In this document: positions 39,029-50,670 of the stretch, one piece after another
How positions within the stretch are numbered: the first letter of the stretch is position 1
Layout: every line of letters begins with the position of its first letter
DNA from: Macrostomum lignano
Taxonomy: Eukaryota
Assembly (NCBI GenBank): GCA_002269645.1
Contig: NIVC01000873.1
Coordinates: 1-64,000 of the forward strand
Length of the DNA stretch: 64,000 nt
Direction: 5' to 3'
The notes under the pieces: model-generated
Databases searched by the model: none
The model's input: the letters and a program-made list of their open reading frames with translations, nothing else
Told to the model about the DNA's origin: nothing
Made by a program: the position numbers and the translations under genes

Positions 39029-42000
39029 ATGGAGGACGCCCTGCAATCAATGGAGGCCACTACAGAGATGGAGTCTTTGTTTAACTTGTATGGCTTCGAG
39101 GCTGCAGATTGCACAAATCTATTAGACGACAAAGACCTGCTTGACTACACTGCTACAGTGGCTGACACTTCAGCTAATGCCAAGCCACTTGCTGAAATTG
39201 AAGCTGCCGCTGATGCCTCTGGGTCCACCAGAAGCAAGTCGGGCTCCGCTTCTGCCGCGGCCACTGGACCGTCTGGCGGCCCGCTGGTGCGGCTGAGCGG
39301 CGGCACCGCAGCTGGCGTCGATGAGAACGCGGCAGCTGACTGGCGCCGCTGCACCGATCGGGTCACCGGGTGAGCGGCGCTGACAGTTGATGGGGAAGAT
39401 TAATGGTAGATTGGGAAGATTGATGGTAGATTGGGAAGATTGGTGGTAGATTGGGAAGATTGGTGATAGATTGGGAAGATTGATAGTAGATTAGAAAGAT
39501 TGATGGTAGATTGGGAAGATTGATGGTAGATTGGTGATAGATTGGGAAGATTGATGGTAGATTGGGAAGATTGAGAGTAGATTGGGAAGATTGGTGATAA
39601 ATTGGGAAGATTGATGGTAGATTGGGAAGATTGGTGATAGATTGGGAAGATTGATGGTAGATTGGGAAGATTGGTGGTAGATTGGGAAGATTGATGGTAG
39701 ATTAGAAAGATTGATGGTAGATTGGGAAGATTGGTGGTAGATTGGGAAGATTGGTGGTAGATTGGGAAGATTGATGGTAGATTGGGAAGATTGAGAGTAG
39801 ATTGGGAAGATTGATGGTAGATTGGGAAGATTGGTGGTAGATTGGGAAGATTGGTGGTAGATTGGGAAGATTGGTGATAGATTGGGAAGATTGATAGTAG
39901 ATTAGAAAGATTGATGGTAGATTGGGAAGATTGATGGTAGATTGGTGATAGATTGGGAAGATTGATGGTAGATTGGGAAGATTGAGAGTAGATTGGGAAG
40001 ATTGGTGATAAATTGGGAAGATTGATGGTAGATTGGGAAGATTGGTGATAGATTGGGAAGATTGATGGTAGATTGGGAAGATTGGTGGTAGATTGGGAAG
40101 ATTGATGGTAGATTAGAAAGATTGATGGTAGATTGGGAAGATTGGTGGTAGATTGGGAAGATTGGTGGTAGATTGGGAAGATTGATGGTAGATTGGGAAG
40201 ATTGAGAGTAGATTGGGAAGATTGGTGGTAGATTGGGAAGATTGGTGATAGATTGGGAAGATTGATGGTAGATTAGAAAGATTGATGGTAGATTGGGAAG
40301 ACTGACAGTAGATTGGGAAGATTGAGAGTAAATTGGGAAGATTGGTGGTAGATTGGGAAGATTGATGGTAGATTGGGAAGATTGATGGTAGATTGGGAAG
40401 ATTGAGAGTAGATTCGAAAAAATGATAGTAGATTGGGACGGTTGATAGTAAATGGAAGTGGCAGATTGGGAGTTGGGAAGTGGCAGATTGGGAGTTGGGA
40501 AGTGGCAGATTGGGAGTTGGGAAGTGGCAGATTGGGAGTTTGGAAGTGGCAGATTGGGAGTTGGAGAGTGGCAGATTGGGAGTTGGGGAAGTGGCAGATT
40601 GGGAGTTGGGGAAGTGACAGATTTGGAGTTAGAGGAGTGGTAAACTTAGGCACATTGCAACGAAGTGTACATTCTGGATGCACATCGAACCGTGGCCGAC
40701 TGTCCGCAGTTCTGACTCGTCTGCCGAAGTGGAAGTGTCGCTCAGGCCGGTGCACCGCCTGCCGCCAGATAGCCGTTACATGTTCCAGCGTTACGGCGAC
40801 TGCCTGGCCGCTGTCGACGCCCAATTCGACATTCTTCGCCGACGGCTTCTAGCGCAGCTGTCGGCCCCAGCGGACGGCGGCGCCAGCCTACCAGTAACTG
40901 CGCCGGACGAAGTGTCGCACGAGCCCTGCGTACTGATTGGCCGGGTGGCGCCACCGCCTGGCGCTGCCGCCGCCGCCGCCGCCGCCACCAGCACCTCGGG
41001 CACATCGGCGACAGTGACGGCGACAGCTGGTCCGTCCGAGGTCGACGGCCGCCTGGCACCGCCGGCCCTGCTGCTGGAGTGTCCGGCCGCCTCCTCCGGC
41101 TCCTCCATTGTCAACGTCGACCTGTCCGGATGCGAGCAGAGCCGCTATTCGCTGTTCCCCGGACAGGTAGTTGCGGTCCGTGGTTCGAATCCCACCGGCC
41201 GTCTGTTCCTGGCCGAGGCCGTCCTGACGCCGACAGCGCCGCCACCTCGGCAGTTGTCGCCGCCGGGGCCGCCGTGTCTCGACCTCGCCGTGGCCAGCGG
41301 CCCGTTCGACGCAGCGTCGCTTTCGGCGCTGCTTCGCGTCTGCGCCGGCGGTCGGGAGCGACCGCACGCTCTGCTACTGTCCGGGACGGGCTGGCGCCGG
41401 GCGCCGTTGTTTGGGCGCGTCGATCCGGCGCTGGAATCGGCGGCCAAATTCTGCCAACAGCGGGGAGTGCAGCTTGTGGTTCAGGTTGGCTCTGCTTGTC
41501 CTGTTTGCAATGTTGCTTATTGTCATTGGCTATTGCCTATAACCCCGAGCTATTCACCTAATTCCCATTAGTAGCTAATTGCCTGGCTATTTAACTACCA
41601 GTAGCTAATTGCCTGGCTATTAAACTACCAGTAGCTAATTACCTGGCTAATACACTTCCAGTAGCTAATTACCTGGCTAATACACTTTCAGTAGCTAATT
41701 ACCTGGCTAATACACTTCCAGTAGCTAATTACCTGGCTAATACACTTCCAGTAGCTAATTACCTGGCTATTAAACTACCAGTAGCTAATTACCTGGCTAA
41801 TACACTTTCAGTAGCTAATTACCTGGCTAATACACTTCCAGTAGCTAATTACCTGGCTAATACACTTTCAGTAGCTAATTACCTGGCTAATACACATCCA
41901 GTAGCTAATTACCTGGCTAATACACTTCCAGTAGCTAATTACCTGGCTATTAAACTACCAGTAGCTAATTACCTGGCTATTAAACTACCAGTAGCTAATT

Positions 42001-43548
42001 ACCTATCTAATACACTTTCAGTAGCTAATTACCTGGCTAATACACTTCCAGTAGCTAATTACCTGGCTAATACACTTTCAGTAGCTAATTACCTGGCTAA
42101 TACACTTCCAGTAGCTAATTACCTGGCTAATACACTTCCAGTAGCTAATTACCTGGCTAATACACTACCAGTAGCTAATTACCTGGCTAATACACTACCA
42201 GTAGCTTATTACCTGGCTATTACACTACCAGTAGCTAATTACCTGGCTATTACACTACCAGTAGCTAATTACCTGGCTATTACACTACCAGTAGCTAATT
42301 ACCTGGCTATTACACTACCAGTAGCTAATTACCTGGCTATTACACTACCAGTAGCTAATTACCTGGCTATTACACTACCAGTAGCTTATTACCTGGCTAT
42401 TACACTACCAGTAGTTAATTACCTGGCTATTAAACTACCAGTAGCTAATGTTAATTATATAACTAGCAGTTAACCTCATACTTAACCGTACCTAATTACC
42501 TGAAACGTACCCGTAGCTATAATTTACTGGCGGCTTTCCGTTGCCTAATTGGTAACAGTTTGATAAAATCCGTATACTATGTCTTTATATTACGCTCGTA
42601 CATGCGTATTTTACATCCCCATATTACATCCATACATTTCATCAGTACATTACATCCGTACATTACATCCGTACATTACATCCGTACATTACATCCGTAC
42701 ATTACATCCGTAAAGTACATCCGTACATTACATCCGTACATTACATCCGTATATTACATCCGTATATTACATCCGTATATTACATCCGAACATTACATCT
42801 TATATTACATCCGTATGTTGCATCCGAACATTACATCCGTATATTACATCCGTATATTACATCCGTACATTACATCCGTACATTACATCCGTATATTACA
42901 TCCGTATATTACATCCGAACATTACATCCGTATATTACATCCGTATATTGCATCCGTATATTGCATCCGAACATTACATCCGTATATTACATCCGTATAT
43001 TGCATCCGACTCTCCTCTCCCCTCAGGCCCCGCCCGGGCCAGTCTATCCAACACCCGAGCTGCCCTGTCCCGGCCACGGCGCACTCTGCGTCCCCGACCC
43101 AGCCCAGCTGATTGTGAAACCGTGGGGCCACCGTCTGGCGTTCACCGGAGTTGACAGCGTCGCCCACCTCGCCGCCGAGGAGGTCAGCGGCGGCGGCGGC
43201 GGCGGAGCAACCGAAGGCGGCAGCGGCGATCGCTTGGGCCGCCTAGCCGGCCACCTGCTGTCCCAGTGCTCAATGTATCCGCTGCTACCGTCGCACGACT
43301 CCCTGCCGTTGGACTATCCTCTGTGGGGCCGGCACTGCTTGCTTGGCGACGACACGCCACACCTGTTGATTGCCGCCTCTCAGGTGAAACCGTTTATTAA
43401 ACTGTTGCCAACTGCAGCAGTTGAGCAAGGAAGCCAAACTCCTTGCTGCTGTTTCGTTAATCCTGGCCGCCTGTCCCGGGGCACCTACGGCCGGGTGCGA
43501 CTGGGACCGGACGGTCAGCTGGTGGAGGCCGAGGTTCTGCGACTGTGA
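39029..43548 (+). CDS. POLA2: DNA polymerase alpha subunit B, 3 exons, ~545 aa
   Basis: Exons 39029-39369, 40710-41484 (alternative in-phase acceptor at 40650) and 43027-43548. Motifs YMFQ, VDLS...YSLFPGQVVAVRGSNPTGR, VASGPF, PVYP, HLLSQCSMYPLLP, LDY and FVNPGRL match POLA2. Confidence 0.93.
39390..40635. repeat. 20-bp (ATTGGGAAGATTGATGGTAG) then 22-bp (AGTGGCAGATTGGGAGTTGGGA) minisatellites in POLA2 intron 1
   Basis: Direct inspection; both share an AGATTGGGA core. Confidence 0.96.
41570..43005. repeat. 30-bp (GTAGCTAATTACCTGGCTAATACACTTCCA, 41570-42450) and 13-bp (CATTACATCCGTA, 42600-43005) minisatellites in POLA2 intron 2
   Basis: Direct inspection. Confidence 0.96.
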
Positions 43549-43549
43549 A

Positions 43550-43830
43550 CTGCTCACTAGGATGTGACCAGAGTAGTGCTAAGGCAGAGTGACTGCTCAC
43601 TAAGATGTGACCAGAGTGACTGCTCACTGGGATGTGACCAGAGTGACTGCTCACTGGGATGTGACCAGAGTGACTGCTCACTGGGATGTGACCAGAGTGA
43701 CTGCTCACTGGGATGTGACCAGAGTGACTGCTCACTGGGATGTGACCAGAGTGGCTGATCACTGGGATGTGATCAGAGTGACTGCTCGCTGGGATGTGAC
43801 CAGAGTAGGGCTGATTCAGAGTGACTGCTC
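43550..43830. repeat. 27-bp minisatellite (GAGTGACTGCTCACTGGGATGTGACCA) starting right after the POLA2 stop codon
   Basis: Direct inspection. Confidence 0.93.
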
Positions 43831-44384
43831 ACTGAGGACACCGGAACAGCTTCCTTTATTAACTAGTGCATATACTTTATTAAAAAAAGAATCTTTTTAT
43901 TGTAATTTTGTATCTAAGTGTTGCATTTGGTTTTGGGTTGAGTTGTCAAGCATTCTCCAGCTTTGTCTATTGTATTGTATTGTTTATAAATTTTAATAAT
44001 GCGGCATTTTTAATTACCTAAACTTTCTACTAACAGTAGTTAAACTTATTGCTCTAAGCTTTATAGTCTCTGTAATTAGTTTAAGTTGTCGATTTCCACT
44101 GGCATTTCTATTTCAATTTATTCTGCGAGTACCCAAAATAAATGTATTGGCATTTCTCTTTGCATGTTCTATGAATATCCTGTTTTTTTATTTTCCCTGT
44201 CAAAGGTGCGAGTTATTCATAGTCAGCTTTGAATAGATAAGTTAACACCACGTTTTCTTAATTATAGATTCTAGGCATAATTTTACATTGTCTTCTTCTC
44301 TCGCTTCTCTTCTACCGATTCTGTCCCGATTTTCTCGCCCTCTTCTCTTATCTCCCTTCCCTTTCCTTTTGACTTTGTATCTCC

Positions 44385-44765
44385 CCTTTACCCCTCTCCC
44401 TTCCCCTCACCCTCTCTCCCTTCCCCTCACCCTCTCTCCGTTCCCCTCACCCTCTGTCCCTTCCCCTCACCCTCTCTCCCCCTCGCCTCTTTCTCTCCCC
44501 CTTCCCCTCACTCCCTCTCCCTTCCCCTCACCCTCTCTCCGTTCCTCTCACCCTCTGTCCGTTCCCCTCACCCTCTGTCCGTTCCCCTCACCCTCTCTCC
44601 CTTCCCCTCACCCTCTCTCCCTTCCCCTCACCCTCTCTCTCTTCCCCTCACCCTCTCTCCGTTCCTCTCACCCTCTGTCCGTTCCCCTCACCCTCTCTCC
44701 CTTCCCCTCACCCTCTATCCGTTCCCCTCACCCTCTCTCCCTTCCCCTCACCCCTCTCTCCCCCT
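44385..44765. repeat. ~20-bp pyrimidine-rich repeat (CCTTCCCCTCACCCTCTCTC)
   Basis: Direct inspection. Confidence 0.9.
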
Positions 44766-44945
44766 CCGAATTCTGACCACCTGCTCTACAATGATACCTA
44801 ATTTCGTTTTGCTGCCAACTCAACTGGCATATCAGCAGTGTGTTTTAACTAAAAAAGAAATTCATATAAAGCGTGCGCCTGAAAAAATCAAATTATAATA
44901 AACGATTTAATTAATTAAATCAGTTTGCAACAAGAGAGCCGCAGC

Positions 44946-46977
44946 ATGGAGCAGCAGCGTCACTTGCACGAGGAGAGGCGCTACATCACTAAACTGCTGC
45001 GCTGCTTCATACTTCGGGCTATTCAAGTTGTACTGCAGAGCCGATCTGGCAGGCTGTTCCGCTACGCCTGCCGGGATCACAGCAGTGTCGAGCTGCTCGG
45101 ACTGAGCTTCGAGGACGATCCAGAAATTGCCCTGTCGGCTAAGACTAAACTTGGCGGCCTGCCTGACCTGCGGCACGGCGATACCCACTCTGTGCAGGTG
45201 TTTCTCACCTGTCCAAATGCACAAGCTCGAACTGATGAAGATGCTGACAATGACAGGCTGTATCTGGAGGTGTGGACATTTCGATTTGCTGAGGAGAGCG
45301 ACCCATCTCTGCGTAGGGCTAAGGTTTGTGCTGCTAAATGGGATATTTTTGCGTCCTTAGCAACGATGCAAGCAAATAATGTTGTCTATGTAAGCAGCGT
45401 CCTTAGCAACGCGTGTTTGAGTTAAACGAGTGTTTTCAACGTAAGCAGCGTCCTTGGCAACGGTTCTAGAGTTGAATGAATGTTTTCCAGAGAGTAATCA
45501 GCGTCCTTGACAACGGTTAAACAAACGATCGTTGCCAAGGTTATCAGAATGTTTAATATTTGAGTTCGTTCCTAATGTAATCAGCGTCCATAGTAACAGT
45601 GCAAGCGTTGAGTGTTGCAAAGGTACTTAGCGTCCTTCTTTTCTGTAATAGCGCTCACATTAAGCGTCCCCTAGTGCCATTAAGGTGTTTGGCGTCCTTA
45701 GTTACAGTTCTACAAAACTAAGAGCAGGAAAACTCAACTACCATCAAAAGTGCAGTGTGCGTACTTTCCTTTAAAAACTCGCACAGGCATTCGACCGGCT
45801 AACCGTAGCTCTCAAAGCCCTCTGGTCCGTTGCCCGCGCTCTGCCAGCCTATCGCGTTGCCCGCCGCGGCACAACTGAGAGTCGGGTTCTCTGCTTCCGG
45901 CTGCTGCCGGGCGCAGCCGACCCGGCCGTTCTCGGGCCTGGCTACCAGAACCGGCGGGTGGCCTCTGTTCGAACTCTGGCCGGCACCCTGTCGCTTACCT
46001 GCTCGTTCCGTAGCCCCATCAAGCTGGGACCGGAGTCGCTGCGACTGCACGAAGGCCACTACCAGCTGACTGAGGACTCCGTCAGCAACACTGTCGATCA
46101 GACTCCGGATTCAGTGGGAATTGATTCAAATTTTTTGCAGCAGCCAATGTCGCTGCCGCAGCCGGAAACGTCTCCGGTGGAAAATCCCAAGCCGACGCAG
46201 CCGCCGATGTCGGCCAGTGCGAGCCAGCAGAAGCAGAAGCAGCGGCAGAGCGCCTTCTGCCCAGTTGGCCCGTTCGCCATGGTCGGCGCCAACGGCTTCG
46301 CTGCTCCGTTCGATCGTCTCTCCGACTGCAACGGCGGCGGCGTCGGCATCTTCGGCGATTTCGATGACGATTTGCCGTTCAAGTCGCTGATGTCGTCCTC
46401 TTCAACGGATGGCGCGGCGACAGCCTCGGCTTCGGCGACCGCCGCCCCTAACGACATCGACGGCGGCTTGAACGGCGGCGAGGACGCCGACAGCCAGCAG
46501 TGCGAGATGTCGGCCGAGCTGTCCGACTCGCCAGACGAGGATGACGACGACGTCTTGCGCGTAGCCGACGGCAACAATTTTCAAGACGGCGACGGTGGCG
46601 CCTCGTTTGCGAGAGTGTCGCCATTGGACGAGTCCTCAGTTGAAGCTTCGGGCGACTTCGGCTCGGCAGCTGGAGGCGTGGGTCGCAACGGCTCGCTGGG
46701 GTCAGCCGAGGACATCGCAACAGGCGCTGCAGCGGCCAGCAGCATATCCGAGTTTCTGCCGTTTGCCAGCGACTGCTCAGCTGCGGATTTGCAGCGATTG
46801 CAGCAGCTCAAATCCGCTGTTAAGCTGGAGATGTTCGCCGCCCCGAATCCGCTGGCCGACCGCATCGGCGACATTCCCCGCCAGCTGAAGTTCTTTGAGC
46901 AGGACCTGGCTGAGTTTGACTGCATGCTCAACACTATGCTGGAGAGGAGCAGTGACTCCGAGCCTGAGCAGCTTTGA
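44946..46977 (+). CDS. ATG13: Autophagy-related protein 13, 2 exons, ~522 aa
   Basis: Exon 1 44946-45323 (AAG|GT) and exon 2 45787-46977 (CAG|). HORMA domain: RAIQVVLQSR, LSFEDDPEI, LEVWTF, AFDRLTVALKALWSVARALPAYRVAR, GTLSLTCSFR; then a disordered region and C-terminal DLAEFD. Confidence 0.92.
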
Positions 46978-47009
46978 GCTGGCGGGAGGGCGATGACCGA
47001 TCTAGGGAG

Positions 47010-47598
47010 GGCAAAAACTAATTTGATGAGTCAGGAGAGGGCAATGACCGATTAAATGAGTCAGGAGAGGGCAATAACCGATCTGATAAGTCAGGAGAGG
47101 GCAATGACCGATTCAATGAGTCAGGAGAGGTCAATGACCGATCTGAGGAGTCAGGAGAGGTCAATGACCGATCTGAGGAGTCAGGAGAGGGCAATGACCG
47201 ATCTGAGGAGTCAGGAGAGAGCAATGACCGATCTGAGGAGTCAGGAGAGAGCAATGACCGATCTGAGGAGTCAGGAGAGGGCAATGACCGATCTGAGGAG
47301 TCAGGAGAGAGCAATGACCGATCTGAGGAGTCAGGAGAGGGCAATGACCGATCTGAGGTCTCAGGAGAGGGCAATGACCGATCTGAGGAGTCAGGAGAGA
47401 GCAATGACCGATTAAATGAGTCAGGAGAGGTAAATGACCGATTAAATGAGTCAGGAGAGGGCAATGACCGATTAAATGAGTCAGGAGAGGGCAATGACCG
47501 ATCTGATGAGTCGGGAGAGGGCAATGACCGATTTGATGAGTCGAGAGAGGGCAATGACCGATCTGATGAGTCAGGAGAGGTCAATGACCGATCTGATG
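47010..47598. repeat. 30-bp minisatellite (TCAGGAGAGGGCAATGACCGATCTGAGGAG) immediately 3' of the ATG13 stop
   Basis: Direct inspection. Confidence 0.95.
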
Positions 47599-48114
47599 AC
47601 AGTTAGTTAGCAATGCTACTTACTGAGTTAAAAAATTCCATTGTTTAAAACTGAAGTTCACATTATTAGCTATAGTATGGGTAACATTTCTGATATTGCT
47701 ACTTATATTTCCTTAGTCTGTTAGTAGTGATAAAGTAAATTTGCTGTGTCATTTATTTTTTTACTGCAAAAATGTGAAAAATTGTACTTAGCGCCTGTAT
47801 TGTGAAGTGCGGTCCTGTGTGAGCTCGAATTATTCATTCACCGTACTTTGTGTGCATTAGTCTTTCTTAAATATTGATCAGTTACCGAGTTACTGTCTGC
47901 TAATTGCGAAATTGTATGATTGGCACTGAGCATTGTAGATTCTGCATCTGCATCTGCCTCATGCTTTATGCTAATCCATCCTATGAAAGTTTTTTTACCT
48001 TTCTGTTTCTGTCTGATCTCTCGGTAATATATTTGCCTAATTTCTACACCCTCACTATAATCTCTCTAACCTTCATTTTTGCCTAACAACTTTCCCTGAA
48101 TCTTCCTAATCCCC

Positions 48115-48700
48115 ACTGCTCTCTAATCTTCCTAATCTCTACTTTACCGGCCTCTAATCTTCCTAATCTCTACTTTACCGGCCTCTAAGCTCCCTATTCT
48201 CTACTTTACCGGCCTCTAATCTCCCCAATCTCTACTTTACCGGCCTCTAATCTCCCTAATCTCTACTTTACCGGCCTCTAATCTCCCCAATCTCTACTTT
48301 ACCGGCCTCTAATCTCCCCAATCTCTACTTTACCGGCCTCTAATCTCCCTAATCTCTACTTTACCGGCCTCTAAGCTCCCTATTCTCTACTTTACCGGCC
48401 TCTAATCTCCCCAATCTCTACTTTACCGGCCTCTAATCTCCCTAATCTCTACTTTACCGGCCTCTAATCTCCATAATCTCTACTTTACCGGCCTCTAATC
48501 TCCCTAATCTCTACTTTACTTTACGGGCCTCTAATCTCCCTAATCTCTGCTGCACCCTCTAATCTCCATGATCTCTACTTTACCGGCCTCTAATCTCCCT
48601 AATCTCTACTTTACCGGCCTCTAATCTCCCTAATCTCTACTTTACCCTCTAATCCCCTAACCTCTACTTTAACCTTTAATAGTATTACCCTAATCTCTAC
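48115..48700. repeat. 31-bp minisatellite (CTAATCTCTACTTTACCGGCCTCTAATCTCC)
   Basis: Direct inspection. Confidence 0.93.
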
Positions 48701-49449
48701 TTTATATCCTAATCTCTACCTATTCCTCTAATCTTCCTAATCCCTACTCTTCCCCTTTAATCTGTCTAACCTCGCTATTTCCTCTCTAATCTGTCTCTAG
48801 CCTCTTTAATCTTCCCTTCTCGCTGCTCAGTTGGTGATGCACATGTACTAAATGCGTCCAACTTACGCAGACGCACTGCACTTTCTAGTTGTGAAATTAT
48901 GAATATGAAAATATTTGTACTTAAAATGCACTTCACCATTTAGTGCAGTCCCGTGCATAACACACACACACACACATACACACACACACTAATGGATGTT
49001 GCCAGCCACAGTTTATAAATCGTCTTTCCCGACACGATAATCGAGTAACATCGGTCTCTCATAAATCCCTGTTCATTACATACTACTCACAGTCAGTAGT
49101 TTTGTTTCGTTATTACCCTTGTAAACAATAGAATAGTTTATATCAGATATAGCAGCCATCCGGTGGACTCTATTTTTGTTTCAAATATTGATTTCGACTC
49201 GCTTGTAAAATGCGTCATTTGTACAGTTAATGTCACTTAAACTTGCTTTGCATATACTCATCTATTGCTGTTAAAAATTTACCCTACAGTACAAATCATT
49301 TTCAGCTAAGTAAATTTCCTTTCTAGGAAAATTCCTTTCTGTGATTTTGGCTTGCGGCGAAATTTCACCTAAAATCAATTTAAGACTTCTGTTGCTTTGC
49401 TGACTTTTAGCAAAATAGTATTTGCACGTAGGTGCTGTGTTCGGGTCTG

Positions 49450-50545
49450 GCCCAGCAACTTAGGATCGGGGAGGTTGGCTAAGCATCTGAGGATCTGGGA
49501 GGCTGGCCCAGCAACTGAGGATCGGGGAGGTTGGCTAAGCATCTGAGGATCTGGGAGGCTGGCCCAGCAACTGAGGATCGGGGAGGCTGGCTAAGCATCT
49601 GAGGATCAGGTAGGCTGGCCCAGCAACTGAGGATCTGGGAGGCTGGCCCAGCAACTGAGGATCTGTGAGGCTGGCCCAGCAACTGAGGATCTGGGAGGCT
49701 GGTCCAGCAACTGAGGATCTGGGAGGCTGGCCCAGCAACTGAGGATCTGTGAGGCTGGCTCAGCAACTGAGGATCTGTGAGGCTGGCCCAGCAACTGAGG
49801 ATCTGTGAGGCTGGCCCAGCAACTGAGGATCTGTGAGGCTGGCCCAGCAACTGAGGATCTGTGAGGCTGGCCCAGCAACTGAGGATCTGGGAGGCTGGCC
49901 CAGCATCTGAGGATCTGGGAGGCTGGCCCAGCATCTGAGGATCTGGGAGGCTGGCCCAGCATCTGAGGATCTGGGAGGCTGGCCCAGCAGCTGAGGATCT
50001 GGGAGGCTGGCCCAGCATCTGAGGATCTGGGAGGCTGGCCCAGAGGATCTGGGAGGCTAGCCCAGAGGATCTGGGAGGCTAGCCCTGAGGATCTAAGAGG
50101 CTAGTCCTGAGGATCTAAGAGGCTAGTCCTGAGGATCTGGGAGGCTAGCCCTGAGGATCTGGGAGGCTAGCCCTGAGGATCTGGGAGGCTAGCCCTGAGG
50201 ATCTGGGAGGCTAGCCCTGAGGATCTGGGAGGCTAGCCCTGAGGATCTGGGAGGCTAGCCCTGAGGATCTGGGAGGCTAGCCCTGAGGATCTGGGAGGCT
50301 AGCCCAGAGGATCTGGGAGGCTAGCCCTGAGGATCTAAGAGGCTAGTCCTGAGGATCTAAGAGGCTAGTCCTGAGGATCTGGGAGGCTAGCCCTGAGGAT
50401 CTGGGAGGCTAGCCCTGAGGATCTGGGAGGCTAGCCCTGAGGATCTGGGAGGCTGGCCCTGAGGATCTGGGAGGCTGGCCCTGAGGATCTGGGAGGCTAG
50501 CCCTGAGGATCTGGGCAGGCTGACACCAACAACTGAGGATCTGGT
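49450..50545. repeat. 28-bp (GAGGATCTGGGAGGCTGGCCCAGCAACT) switching to 22-bp (GAGGATCTGGGAGGCTAGCCCT) minisatellite upstream of QNG1
   Basis: The unit shortens at ~50040; a related short array lies at 61035-61140. Confidence 0.95.
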
Positions 50546-50670
50546 GACTGGCATTAAGATTAAATTAATCCAAGCAAAACTAGCCTAAGGAAGCTCTGAT
50601 TACTCTTGCATTGTTTGTCTCTTGACTTGTCGCTACGCTGAACACCCGACATGCTTGCTGCAGCTCAGCC

